Shown: positions 1 through 10,700 of the stretch, one piece after another | Layout of the letters: the number at the start of each line of letters is the position of its first letter | Position numbering within the stretch: the first letter of the stretch is position 1 | Origin: Candidatus Staskawiczbacteria bacterium | GTDB lineage: Bacteria > Patescibacteriota > Minisyncoccia > Minisyncoccales > Staskawiczbacteraceae | Direction: 5' to 3' | DNA: 64,000 nt | Assembly: GCA_963778905.1 (NCBI GenBank) | Contig: CAVZWH010000024.1 | Span: forward strand, 12,498 to 76,497 | The notes under the pieces: model-generated | Told to the model about the DNA's origin: nothing | Database searches by the model: none | What the model saw: only the letters and a program-made list of their open reading frames with translations | Made by a program: the position numbers and the translations under genes

Positions 1-335
<335 letters not shown>

Positions 336-336
<1 letters not shown>

Positions 337-1124
337 TGGAAACAACAATTAACGGAGTTAAAACTAACTACCAAGTTTTTGGCGATAAGGTCGCGAGAGA
401 TTTTCGCGTAGCGGAATCTCCCGACCTAGGAAAACCCTTTTTGATTTTGCATGGCTGGGGATCTAACTCAGACAGATGGGTTTCTGTGGCAGAAAAAATT
501 TCAGAAAAAGGTTTTAAGGTTTATGTTCCGGATTTACCGGGATTCGGCAAATCAGATGCTTTAACGACTGCGTGGAATATGAACAATTATGTGAACTGGC
601 TGGAAAACCTGGTAAAAGAATTAAATTTGAATGAATTTTATTTGATGGGACATTCTTTTGGCGGGGCGCTGGCTGTTAAGCTAACCATAAAACATGCTCA
701 GGATGTAAAAAAATTATTTTTGGTCTCTGCCGCATCGGTTAGAAAAAAAACAACAAAAAAATGGGCGTATAAAAATATTTCTAAGATTGTCAAACCATTT
801 TCATTTTTTCCTTTTTATGAATTTTTTAGAAAAGCGTTTTATAAATTTGTTATCCGAAAGTCAGATTATGTTTATGTTGAGGGCGTGATGAAAGAAACAT
901 TTAAAAATGTTGTTTTTGAAGACTTGTCGCAGTTTACAGGATTTATCAGAACGCCAACCGTAATTATCTGGGGCGATAAAGACAAATCAACCCCGATAGA
1001 AGATGCTTATTTTATGAATGGAAAAATAAAAAATTCTAAATTGATAGTATTAAATGGATTCGGACACATTTTGAATAGAGATTGTCCGGAAATTTTAGCG
1101 GAGAAAATTTTAGAAAACACATAA
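336..1124 (+). CDS. Alpha/beta-fold hydrolase
   Basis: HGWG oxyanion motif, DLPGFG, GHSFGG nucleophile elbow, WGDKD, GH catalytic His. Confidence 0.92.
388..427. repeat. Intragenic palindrome in the hydrolase gene
   Basis: AGGTCG-cga-GAGATT-ttcgcgtagcgg-AATCTC-c-CGACCT; GC-rich hairpin in an AT-rich gene; TA at 386-387 and 427-428. Confidence 0.7.
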
Positions 1125-1125
1125 C

Positions 1126-2757
1126 ATGTATTTATTGCTAAATACGCTTTGGTTTATATGGATGCTAAAATACGTCTTGTTTTGGCTGTATTTGTGGCAG
1201 TTAAAAGAATATCATATCGGCAGATTTATAGACCACCTTAGAACTCATAAAGGCAAGAAACTTTTATTTAGCCCAATCCAGATTTTTAAGTTTATTTCAG
1301 TATTAGTTCTTCTTCTATACAACAATAGTTTTTTTATCTATTTATTTCCAATTTTACTTTTAATATATATCGGCGAATTTCTCCTGGTTTTAAGAGCAAT
1401 TTTTTCTAAATCAATAAAAAAGCCGATAAGAACTTTCAAATCGTTATTTTTAACATCAGTTTCTTTTGCAATTGTTATTTTATTTTTGATCTGGACGTCA
1501 AACTTTTCTGATACATTTGGAGTAATTCTTCTTTTAGCTTTTGACGTTTTAATTCCGCTGATTATTTCTGCGGTTGTCCTTATATTTCAGCCGTTTTTTG
1601 TTATAATAAGAAGCAATATTTTGAAAAAAGCCGGCAAAAAACTTGAAAGGATAAAATCGGTCAGCAAGCTGACGGTTATAGCGGTTACCGGATCTTACGG
1701 AAAAACATCAACCAAAGAATTTTTGGCGACAATACTTTCTAAAAAATTTAAAGTTTTATCAACAAAAGAACATCAAAATTCTGAAATCGGTATTGCAAAA
1801 TGCATTTTAGAAGACCTAAAACCTCATCATCAGATTTTTATTGCCGAAGTCGGCGCTTATAACAAAGGAAAAGTAAAAGAAGTCTGCTCTATGCTAAAAC
1901 CAAAAATTGGCATTGTGACCGGCGTAAATGAGCAGCATCTGGCGCTTTTTGGCTCATTAAAAAATTTGCTTTCGGCGGAAGGAGGCGAGGAATTGGCGGA
2001 GGCTCTGCCAAAAGATGGAATTTTAGTTGTAAATGGCGACAACAGATATTGTTTAGCTCTTTGCAAGGGAACAATTGTCTGCGCGATCACAGATAAAAAC
2101 AAAAAAATTTATAGTTTGAGCAACAAGATAATAAATTCAGATATTTGGGCAGATAGCATCACCGTTCATAAAAATTATATTTCTTTTTTAGCAATTGATA
2201 AGTCGGGCAATATGGCGCATTTTGACGTAAAAGTTTTGGGCAAACAAAACGTTCAAAATCTTTTGGGAGCTATTTTGGTGGCAAAAGAATTGGGCATGAA
2301 TTTTGACCAGATTTCTGAAGCTTGCAAAGACATTTCACAAAAACAAGCAGGGATGGTTCTAAAACAAGGAAAACATGGCTTTGATATTATAGATTCTTCT
2401 TATTCTGCAAATTCTGATGGAGTTTTGGCCGATTTAGATTATTTTTCAATTTTCCAAGGCAAAAAAATTATTATAATGCCGTGTTTAATAGAGCTTGGAA
2501 AAAAATCTTTTGAAGTGCACCAGAAATTGGGCAAAAAAATTGGCGAGGTTTGCGATTTAGCCATAATAACAAGCAAAGACAGATTTGAAGAATTGAAAAA
2601 GGGAGCAATGGAGGCTGGAATGAAAGAAAAAAATATTATATTTTGCGACAATACGCAGGACATTTATTCAATGATTACGCTTTTTTGTAAATCTGGCGAC
2701 GCGGTTTTGTTAGAAGGCAGAGTTCCGGCTGGCTTAATAAAATTATTATCAAAATGA
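1126..2757 (+). CDS. murF: MurF-type Mur ligase with N-terminal transmembrane domain
   Basis: WLYLWQLKEY N-terminal motif plus ~5 hydrophobic helices; VTGSYGKTSTKE P-loop; EVGAY; NGDN; IIDSSYSAN; MPCLIELG. Confidence 0.85.
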   Translation: MYLLLNTLWFIWMLKYVLFWLYLWQLKEYHIGRFIDHLRTHKGKKLLFSPIQIFKFISVLVLLLYNNSFFIYLFPILLLIYIGEFLLVLRAIFSKSIKKPIRTFKSLFLTSVSFAIVILFLIWTSNFSDTFGVILLLAFDVLIPLIISAVVLIFQPFFVIIRSNILKKAGKKLERIKSVSKLTVIAVTGSYGKTSTKEFLATILSKKFKVLSTKEHQNSEIGIAKCILEDLKPHHQIFIAEVGAYNKGKVKEVCSMLKPKIGIVTGVNEQHLALFGSLKNLLSAEGGEELAEALPKDGILVVNGDNRYCLALCKGTIVCAITDKNKKIYSLSNKIINSDIWADSITVHKNYISFLAIDKSGNMAHFDVKVLGKQNVQNLLGAILVAKELGMNFDQISEACKDISQKQAGMVLKQGKHGFDIIDSSYSANSDGVLADLDYFSIFQGKKIIIMPCLIELGKKSFEVHQKLGKKIGEVCDLAIITSKDRFEELKKGAMEAGMKEKNIIFCDNTQDIYSMITLFCKSGDAVLLEGRVPAGLIKLLSK

Positions 2758-4019
2758 GTTATTTTAAGCCAATATCAATATCGCTTTCGCCAAATGTTGA
2801 AAAGGACGATTTACATCTGGCCCTAAATTTGATTGTGCGGCCATGGCTTTGGAAAAAAGGGAAAGCGGTGAGTGAATTAGAAAATGAATTTAGAAATTAT
2901 CTTGGCGTAAAATATGCTTTTTCTTTTAATTCTGGAAGAAGCGCTTTTTTTGCGATTTTGAAATCCTTAAATTTAGAGAAGCAAAGCGGCGTTTTGTTGC
3001 AGGCTTTTACTTGCAATGCGGTTCCAAACCCTGTTTTATGGTCAGATTTGGCTCCCGTTTATGTTGATTGCAATAAAGATGATTTTAATATTGATGTTGA
3101 AGACTTAAAGAAAAAAATTACTCCGCAAACAAAGGTTTTAATTGTTCAGCACACATTTGGACTGCCGGCAAACATGGACGAAATAATTTCTATTGTGCGG
3201 GACCCAAAGGGTACCCCTGGTTTGATTTTAATAGAGGACTGCGCGCATTCGTTGGGAGCAGAATTTAATGGGCAAAAAGTTGGCACATTAGGAAAAGCCG
3301 CATTTTTTAGTTTTTCAAGAGACAAAGTAATTTCTTCAGTTTATGGCGGCATGGCTGTCACCAACGACGAAAAAATTGCAAAAAATTTAGAACAATTGCA
3401 GAAAGAATTTGGCCAGCCATCAATGTTCTGGATTTTTCAGCAAATTTTGCATCCTATTTTATTGGGTTATATTATTTTGCCAGTTTATAACTTTTTGGAT
3501 TTGGGAAAAATATTTTTAGTTTTTTCGCAAGTGACGCATATTTTGTCTAAAGCTGTTTCCTGGAAAGAGAAAAGGGGACAACGCCCAGATTATTTTCCAA
3601 AAGCTTTGCCAAATGCAATGGCAATTATGGCTTTGAATCAATTTAACAAATTGGAAAAATTTAATAATCACAGGCAAAAGGTTGCAAATTATTATTTTGA
3701 AGCCTTAAAAGGCGGAAATTTCAAACTGCCTAAAAAATTTGAAAACAGAAAAAATATTTTTTTGCGTTTTACTGTAAAACACCCGAAAGCTCACGAAATA
3801 ATTTATGATGCCTGGCACAAACAAAATATATTGCTTGGCGACTGGTACACAAGTGCGATTGCTCCGTTTGACACAAAAATTGAGCAAATAAAATATAAAC
3901 CGGGAAGCTGTAAAAATGCCGAGGAATTATCAAAAACTACATTAAATCTGCCAACCCATATTAATATCTCAAAAAAAAATGCAGAATGTATTATTAACTT
4001 CCTAAAAACGTGGAATTAA
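2754..4019 (+). CDS. DegT/DnrJ/EryC1/StrS family PLP aminotransferase
   Basis: FNSGRSA, QAFTCNAV, QHTFG, IEDCAHSLG, FSFSRDKVISSVYGG (PLP Lys), LNLPTH. Confidence 0.9.
   Translation: MSYFKPISISLSPNVEKDDLHLALNLIVRPWLWKKGKAVSELENEFRNYLGVKYAFSFNSGRSAFFAILKSLNLEKQSGVLLQAFTCNAVPNPVLWSDLAPVYVDCNKDDFNIDVEDLKKKITPQTKVLIVQHTFGLPANMDEIISIVRDPKGTPGLILIEDCAHSLGAEFNGQKVGTLGKAAFFSFSRDKVISSVYGGMAVTNDEKIAKNLEQLQKEFGQPSMFWIFQQILHPILLGYIILPVYNFLDLGKIFLVFSQVTHILSKAVSWKEKRGQRPDYFPKALPNAMAIMALNQFNKLEKFNNHRQKVANYYFEALKGGNFKLPKKFENRKNIFLRFTVKHPKAHEIIYDAWHKQNILLGDWYTSAIAPFDTKIEQIKYKPGSCKNAEELSKTTLNLPTHINISKKNAECIINFLKTWN
3201..3217 (+). repeat. Intragenic micro-palindrome GACCCAAAGGGTACCCC (copy 1)
   Basis: Read directly; related copies at 23174, 29031, 30440 and 50574. 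Confidence 0.75.
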
Positions 4020-5062
4020 AAGAAATAATAAATAAAGATGAATGGGAGGAATTTTTGTTGCAGTGTACGGAAAAAACTTTTTTGCAATCCTGGAATTGGG
4101 GCGAATTTAACAAAGCAATGCAAAGCAAGATTTGGAGATTTGGAGTTTATAACGGCAAAAGATTAATTGCCGCCGCCTTAGTTATAAAAATTTCGGCAAG
4201 AAGAGGAACTTTTTTGTTTGTTCCTCATGGGCCGGTTGTTGCTGAAGGATTAGAAGAAAAAGATAAAAAAGAAATTTTGGAATTAATTTTAATCCAATTA
4301 AGCGGAATTTCCAAAGAAGAAAAAGCAAGTTTTATAAGATTTTCTCCAATTTTCAGCAGGAGCGAGAAAAATGAAAATATTTTTATTGATTTAGGTTTTA
4401 GGTTATCTCCTATTCATATGCATCCGGAGGCCACATGGGAATTAGATATTACTTTACCGGAAGAGAAGCTGTTAATAAATATGAGAAAAACCGCCAGATA
4501 TTTAATCCGCCAGGCAGAAAAAAATCCGGATATAGAAATAGTAAAAAGCAATAATATTGAGGACTTAAAACTTTTTTGGCCCGTTTATCAAAAAACTGCA
4601 AAACGGCACCACTTCGTAGTTTTTTCTGAAAAATATTTGCAGACAGAATTTAATTGTTTTTCTAACGACAAAGAAATATCAATATTTTTGGGAAAATATA
4701 AGGGACAGGTTGTGTCCTCGGCCATTTTTGTTATTTGGCAGGGTATTTGCTTTTATCATCATTCGGGGTCTTTAACAAAGTTCAATAAAATTCCGGTTTC
4801 TTATTTATTGCAGTGGCATGCTATAAAAGAGGCGAAAAACAGAGGATGTAAAATTTATAATTTTTGGGGAATTGCTCCGGGCATAGAAACCGAATCCGAT
4901 GCGCAAAAATCATCTCATCCCTGGGCTGGCCTGTCGCTTTTTAAGATGGGATTTGGCGGATATAAAAAAGAATATGTCAAAACACAGGATTTTGTTATCT
5001 CCAAAAAATATTGGATAAATTATATAATCGAAGTTTTAAGAAAACGTAAAAGAAACCTTTAA
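4010..5062 (+). CDS. FemABX family tRNA-dependent peptidoglycan bridge peptidyltransferase
   Basis: FLQSWNWGEF, PHGPV, RYLIRQAEK, YLLQWHAIKEAKNRG-YNFWGI, GLSLFKMGFGG. Confidence 0.92.
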   Translation: MELKEIINKDEWEEFLLQCTEKTFLQSWNWGEFNKAMQSKIWRFGVYNGKRLIAAALVIKISARRGTFLFVPHGPVVAEGLEEKDKKEILELILIQLSGISKEEKASFIRFSPIFSRSEKNENIFIDLGFRLSPIHMHPEATWELDITLPEEKLLINMRKTARYLIRQAEKNPDIEIVKSNNIEDLKLFWPVYQKTAKRHHFVVFSEKYLQTEFNCFSNDKEISIFLGKYKGQVVSSAIFVIWQGICFYHHSGSLTKFNKIPVSYLLQWHAIKEAKNRGCKIYNFWGIAPGIETESDAQKSSHPWAGLSLFKMGFGGYKKEYVKTQDFVISKKYWINYIIEVLRKRKRNL

Positions 5063-5910
5063 TGTCTTATAGAAAAAAACACGTAAAAAGCAAGATTGGC
5101 AAAATAAAGCCTAAAAAATCAATATTCAAAAGATTATGGTTTTGGATTACAATTTTATTTTTGATAATTATTTTTTCTGTTTTTTATATCGTATTTTTTT
5201 ATTCTGGATTTCAGGTAAAAAATATTTTGATTTCAGGAAACGATAATATAAAAACTCAAGAACTGCAGGATATAATTTTGAATAACGCTAATACCGGGCT
5301 GGTTGGATTTTGGAATTTGAAAATAATATCTAAAAGCATCTTTTTAGTCAACACCGACAAAATAAATAAAGAGATTTTAGAAAAGTTTCCTATAATTGAA
5401 AGTTTAAGAATAAATAAAAAATTTCCAGAGACAATAACGCTGCAGGTCGCAGAAAGAAAACCAATCGGCGTTTTTTGTAACAATGATAATCAGTGTTTTC
5501 TAATTGATGAGAACGGGATTATATTTGAGCCATTGTTAATAGCTCCAAATAATTTTACTATTGTGCGACAAACATTAGAAGACAATAATATTTTTGCCGG
5601 GGAAAAAATTGTTAATCAAAATATAATTACCGCAATTTCCAAGATTCAAAAAATCTTGAAAGATAATTTTCAGATAGACTTAAAGGAAGCGTTGATTGCA
5701 AGTTCTGTAAGGTTAAATGTTACGACAAGCGAAAATTGGCAGATTTATTTTGATTTGAGTCCGGATTCTGATATTAATTTGCAGATTACAAAACTAAATC
5801 TTTTGTTGAATGGTGAAATTTCTTCAGACAGCAGAAAAAATTTGCGATATATAGATTTAAGGCCGAAAGATAGAGCCATTATCTGCGATAATAAAACTTG
5901 CGGAGGATGA
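5062..5910 (+). CDS. ftsQ: Cell division protein FtsQ/DivIB (POTRA domain)
   Basis: Basic N-terminus, single TM, FQVKNILISGN, KKFPETITLQVAERKP, LIDENG, YIDLR. Confidence 0.85.
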   Translation: MSYRKKHVKSKIGKIKPKKSIFKRLWFWITILFLIIIFSVFYIVFFYSGFQVKNILISGNDNIKTQELQDIILNNANTGLVGFWNLKIISKSIFLVNTDKINKEILEKFPIIESLRINKKFPETITLQVAERKPIGVFCNNDNQCFLIDENGIIFEPLLIAPNNFTIVRQTLEDNNIFAGEKIVNQNIITAISKIQKILKDNFQIDLKEALIASSVRLNVTTSENWQIYFDLSPDSDINLQITKLNLLLNGEISSDSRKNLRYIDLRPKDRAIICDNKTCGG

Positions 5911-5912
5911 TG

Positions 5913-5934
5913 AACCGCCGATAGGCGGTTTTTT
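5913..5934 (+). terminator. Intrinsic terminator
   Basis: AACCGCC-gata-GGCGGTT followed by T-run. Confidence 0.8.
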
Positions 5935-5952
5935 GTTTTGCCTTCAATAAAT

Positions 5953-5981
5953 TTGACAAACTAATATAATCAATGTATAAT
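5953..5981 (+). promoter_or_regulatory. Consensus sigma70 promoter for the CAP-sortase genes
   Basis: TTGACA-N17-TATAAT, perfect match. Confidence 0.8.
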
Positions 5982-5998
5982 AAAATATATTTAAAAAT

Positions 5999-6937
5999 AT
6001 GAATTATTCTTTGCCTGAGGCAAAATTTAACGTTGAATTTTTGCAAAATTTTTTAGAAAGCAATATTTTGTTATATTGCATTATTTTGCTTTTGGCATTA
6101 AAAATTATTACCGTTGCTGTCTCTATCAATTTTCCGCAGAATATATTTTTTGCCGACATAACAAGGGCATCTCTTGAAAATTTTGCAAACCAGACACGTC
6201 AATCAGTGGGTTTGCCCTCGTTGGTAGAAAATCAAAAATTAGATCAGGCCGCCCAATCAAAGGCAGAAAATATGGTGGCAGATGATTATTTTGCCCACAC
6301 AAGCCCGCAAGGAATTACGCCGTGGTATTGGTTTTTGCAAGCCGGATATAATTATAAATATGCCGGAGAAAATTTGGCAATTGGGTTTTTTGATTCGCAA
6401 GAAGTTTATAACGCCTGGTTAAATTCTCCTTCGCATAAGGCAAATATTGTAAATCCAAATTACAAGGAAGTTGGCACGGCCGTGTTGGCTGGATTCGGCC
6501 CAAACAATACAATTGTTGTTGTTCAGGATTTTGGAAGCCAGTTGCCGGCAAAACAAGTTGCAACCCAGCCAAAACAGACTTCAGCTGTTAAACCAAGTGA
6601 ACAAACCCCGGTTGCCAATGCCGGAGAAAAAGTTTTGTCGCAATCAACAGAATCGCAAAGTACGTTGGAAACCGCCAAAACAGGCAGTTCAAATGTTTAT
6701 TCTAAAATTATGAATTCTGTTTTATACAATTATGGCGGATTGTTGCAGGACATTATTTACGGAGTTTCTTTGGTCGTGATAGGAATTTTGCTTGCGCTGA
6801 TATTTTTTAACGCAAGCATTCCTTTTGAAAATAAACTTGTATTTAGGTCGGTTCTTATTGTAATATTATTATCACTGGCAACATTATTAAACAAAGGTTT
6901 TATAGTTGCAATTATTCCGTATCAAATAATTATTTAA
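5999..6937 (+). CDS. CAP/SCP domain membrane protein
   Basis: LDQAAQSKAENM, YFAHTSP, YAGENLA, AWLNSPSHKANI; TM helices at both ends. Confidence 0.9.
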   Translation: MNYSLPEAKFNVEFLQNFLESNILLYCIILLLALKIITVAVSINFPQNIFFADITRASLENFANQTRQSVGLPSLVENQKLDQAAQSKAENMVADDYFAHTSPQGITPWYWFLQAGYNYKYAGENLAIGFFDSQEVYNAWLNSPSHKANIVNPNYKEVGTAVLAGFGPNNTIVVVQDFGSQLPAKQVATQPKQTSAVKPSEQTPVANAGEKVLSQSTESQSTLETAKTGSSNVYSKIMNSVLYNYGGLLQDIIYGVSLVVIGILLALIFFNASIPFENKLVFRSVLIVILLSLATLLNKGFIVAIIPYQIII

Positions 6938-6938
6938 T

Positions 6939-7643
6939 ATGAACAAAGAAAACGCAAAGAAAATTTTGAAATTGGCTGTCGCGATATATCTGGCAAGTTT
7001 TCTGATTATTAACTGGAATGATGTTTCCTGGATTTTTAATTACAAAGAGGTTGCCGGATTAGTGGAAGATTTTTTCAATCCATATCCATCTATAGATGCT
7101 TCTACCATGAACGCATATTTTTATCCAAATCATAGCCAAGATGCTACTTCTGTGGCAACAGGACAACCTGTCGCCCAATCCATTAAAAACGTAAAAACAA
7201 ATTTTACGGACCAGCAAAACACATTAGAGGTTCCCAAATTATCTCTTTTGCTTCCCATAGTTTTTGCAGACAGCACAGATAAAGAAACTATGGCAAAAGA
7301 TCTTGATTTGGGAGTGGTATTTTATCCGGGATCAGTTTATCCCGGCCAAACCGGTCAGATGATAATTTTGGGGCACTCGGCTCCTCCTGGCTGGCCGCAC
7401 ATAAAACACGACTGGGCTTTTACCGACTTAGATAAGTTAGTTCCCGGAGATACAATATTAATTGACTTAAATAACAAACAATATACATATGTAGTAAAAG
7501 AAAAAGATATTATTAAAAGAGGAGCCGATGTCCCAACAGATAGTTCGGCCATTAATAATAATGTCCTAACACTGATTAGTTGCTGGCCGCCGGGAAAAGA
7601 TTATCAAAGGATAGCAGTTTCAGCAGAGTTCCAAAACAACTAA
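6939..7643 (+). CDS. Sortase
   Basis: N-terminal TM; catalytic triad His (ILGHS), Cys (LTLISCWP), Arg (YQRIAV). Confidence 0.9.
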   Translation: MNKENAKKILKLAVAIYLASFLIINWNDVSWIFNYKEVAGLVEDFFNPYPSIDASTMNAYFYPNHSQDATSVATGQPVAQSIKNVKTNFTDQQNTLEVPKLSLLLPIVFADSTDKETMAKDLDLGVVFYPGSVYPGQTGQMIILGHSAPPGWPHIKHDWAFTDLDKLVPGDTILIDLNNKQYTYVVKEKDIIKRGADVPTDSSAINNNVLTLISCWPPGKDYQRIAVSAEFQNN

Positions 7644-7649
7644 CACCCA

Positions 7650-7678
7650 TTGACTTATTTACTTCAATATGGTAGGGT
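7650..7678 (+). promoter_or_regulatory. Possible sigma70 promoter for the surface protein gene
   Basis: TTGACT-N17-TAGGGT with TG extension. Confidence 0.4.
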
Positions 7679-7787
7679 CAATCATTATTTAGTTTTCGTC
7701 ATTAAAAGTTGATTTAGTCAACACATAGCGCAACGTCAAATAAAAAATAATTTATTCTTTTTTATTCTAATTACAGCTACGAAAAAT

Positions 7788-10700
7788 ATGAATACATTTT
7801 TGAAAGTTTTCGTAATAACCGGCCTAACTATAGTTTCGGCAATTTTGATTTCCGTAACAATGGCGCCGGCTACGGCCAGAGCATTAAGTTGTGATGGGAA
7901 TTCAGGTCCTGCTAACCAAGGAACAGTTGTTTTAGCCCAAGACAGCACAGTAACCGTGACTGTTAATTATATCTGTAATGATCTTAGGGACACGGATTAT
8001 TTCGGTTTGTCGTCTCCAACAAAAATTACTTTTGGAGAAGCCCATAGTTCATCAAACGGATCATATAACGCTGGAAATTTCAAAGCAGGTACAGAACTAA
8101 TATTTTTTCTTTATGACGCCACTCATGGCAATACATGGTACACTGGTCCTGCCTCCAGAAACTCAGATGGACAAGTCCATGCAGATTTCAGAAATGTCGG
8201 AACCAATAACTGGACTATTGGTTTTAATGATGCAGCGTACCCAGCGGACAATAATTTATTCAACGATATTGTTATAAATGTGACCGCCACCCCTTCCTGC
8301 ACCGCCAACAGCACAAAACAGTGCTCGGGCAACGCAGTATATTGGTATAATTCATGTGGAACAAAAGGAAGCCTTTTTCAGCAATGTACATCAACACAAA
8401 CATGTACCAACGCTCAATGCGTAAACAATTGTACCCCCAACACCGCTAAGCAATGCGTCGGCAACGCTGTCTACAACTTTAACTCCTGCGGAGTTCAGGG
8501 TACTCTCTACCAGCAATGTACATCAAACCAGATTTGTCAGAACGCACAGTGCGTGAATATTGCCTGTTCATCAAACACCGACTGCGGTGCCAACGCCTAC
8601 ACCGGCTCACCCTTCTGCCAAGGCAACTCAGTTTACCAAAACTACATAACATACACATGTAACAACCCGGGAACAGCAAGCTCATCTTGTTCTAATAGTA
8701 CGGCCGCACAAAAGAAAAATGATTGTACAGCTAATCAGACGTGTTCGAACGGCGCATGCGTTAATCAAACCATCACCTGCACCAGCAACACCGACTGCGG
8801 AGCTAACGCCTACACCGGCTCACCCTTCTGCCAAGGCAACAGCGTTTACCAGAATTACATCACCTACACATGTAACAACGCTGGCACATCAACCTCGTAT
8901 TGCTCCAACAACACAGCAGCACAGAAAAAGAACGATTGCACAGCTAACCAGACCTGCGCCAACGGTTCGTGCACCAACCAGAACATAACCTGCACCAGCA
9001 ACACCGACTGCGGAACAAACAGCTACACCGGCTCACCCTTCTGTCAGTCAGGTAATGTATATCAAAACTACATAACATACACCTGCACTAATCCGGGAAC
9101 AGCCAGTTCGTACTGCTCAAACAACACAGCTTCACAATTAAAAACAACCTGCGCATCAGGACAGACCTGCGCCAACGGAAGCTGCTCAAATCAAACCATC
9201 ACCTGCACCAGCAACACCGACTGCGGAGCTAACGCCTACACCGGCTCACCCTTCTGCCAAGGCAACAGCGTTTACCAGAATTACATCACCTACACATGTA
9301 ACAACGCTGGCACATCAACCTCGTATTGCTCCAACAACACAGCAGCACAGAAAAAGAACGATTGCACAGCTAACCAGACCTGCGCCAACGGTTCGTGCAC
9401 CAACCAGAACATAACCTGCACCAGCAACACCGACTGCGGAACAAACAGCTACACCGGCTCACCCTTCTGTCAGTCAGGTAATGTATATCAAAACTACATA
9501 ACATACACCTGCACTAATCCGGGAACAGCCAGTTCGTACTGCTCAAACAACACAGCTTCACAATTAAAAACAACCTGCGCATCAGGACAGACCTGCGCCA
9601 ACGGAAGCTGCTCAAATCAAACCATCACCTGCACCAGCAACACCGACTGCGGAGCTAACGCCTACACCGGCTCACCCTTCTGCCAAGGCAACAGCGTTTA
9701 CCAGAATTACATCACCTACACATGTAACAACGCTGGCACATCAACCTCGTATTGCTCCAACAACACAGCAGCACAGCTAAAAACCACCTGCACGGGAAAC
9801 CAGACATGCAGCAACGGAAGCTGTTCAACAACCTGCACCCAAAACTCATATCAGCAATGCCAAGGAAACTATCTGTATTGGTACAACTCATGCGGAGTCC
9901 AGGAAGGCCAGTCGCAGTACTGCCCCAACGGATGCTCGGGCAACTCGTGCACGAACAACAACTGCACTTACCACTCGTACGAGCAGTGCATCGGCAACAA
10001 CCTTTACTGGTACAACTCGTGCGGAGTTCAGCAGGACTTGGTTCAGTACTGCCCAAACGGATGCTCAGGGAATACGTGCACGAACAATAATATTTATGCA
10101 ACAGTTCAAACAAATTCAGCGACAAATGTAAACAATAACCAGGCAACTCTAAATGGTTATTTATATTCCGGCAGCAACAATAATAATAATTGCACTAATT
10201 ATGTTTGGTTTCAATACGGACCAACTACTTCCTATGGGACTGAAACAAATCACCAGACGCAAGGTTATTCCGGAGCATTTAGCCAAATTGTAAACTTATA
10301 CAATAATTACAATACCAACAGCTATCACTTCAGGGCCGCAGCTCAGGATTGTTCGGGCAACACGGTTTACGGCCAGGACATGACAATTTACAGCAACAAT
10401 ATTGGAACAGGAACTTTAACCGTAAACAAAACAGTCAGAGACCTCACCACTGGTGCTGGATTTGCCAGCTCAACTTCAGCCTCTCCAAGCGATATGTTGA
10501 TGTTTATGATAACTTTGCAGAATACAGGCAGCCAAGATGTTTCAAATGTGATTGCCAGAGATTATCTTCCTGCAAACCTTATTTACAATGACCAGTTGAC
10601 CGTTGCCTGCACAACCAATAACAGCAATTACAATAATTGCAATGGAAGCAATTACAATTACACTGGAAATATTTCATCTGGCGTAAACTTAAATACAATA

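Noticed and set aside
2060-2095. Odd segment CKGTIVCAIT in MurF as another palindromic insert
   Set aside because: No convincing inverted repeat or match to the other motifs; cannot be supported without an alignment.
8559-9835. CRISPR array or DGR template/variable repeat (AAC-rich repeats)
   Set aside because: Units are 213 bp, in frame and have no unique spacers; differences are not adenine-specific; no cas or reverse transcriptase gene in the window.
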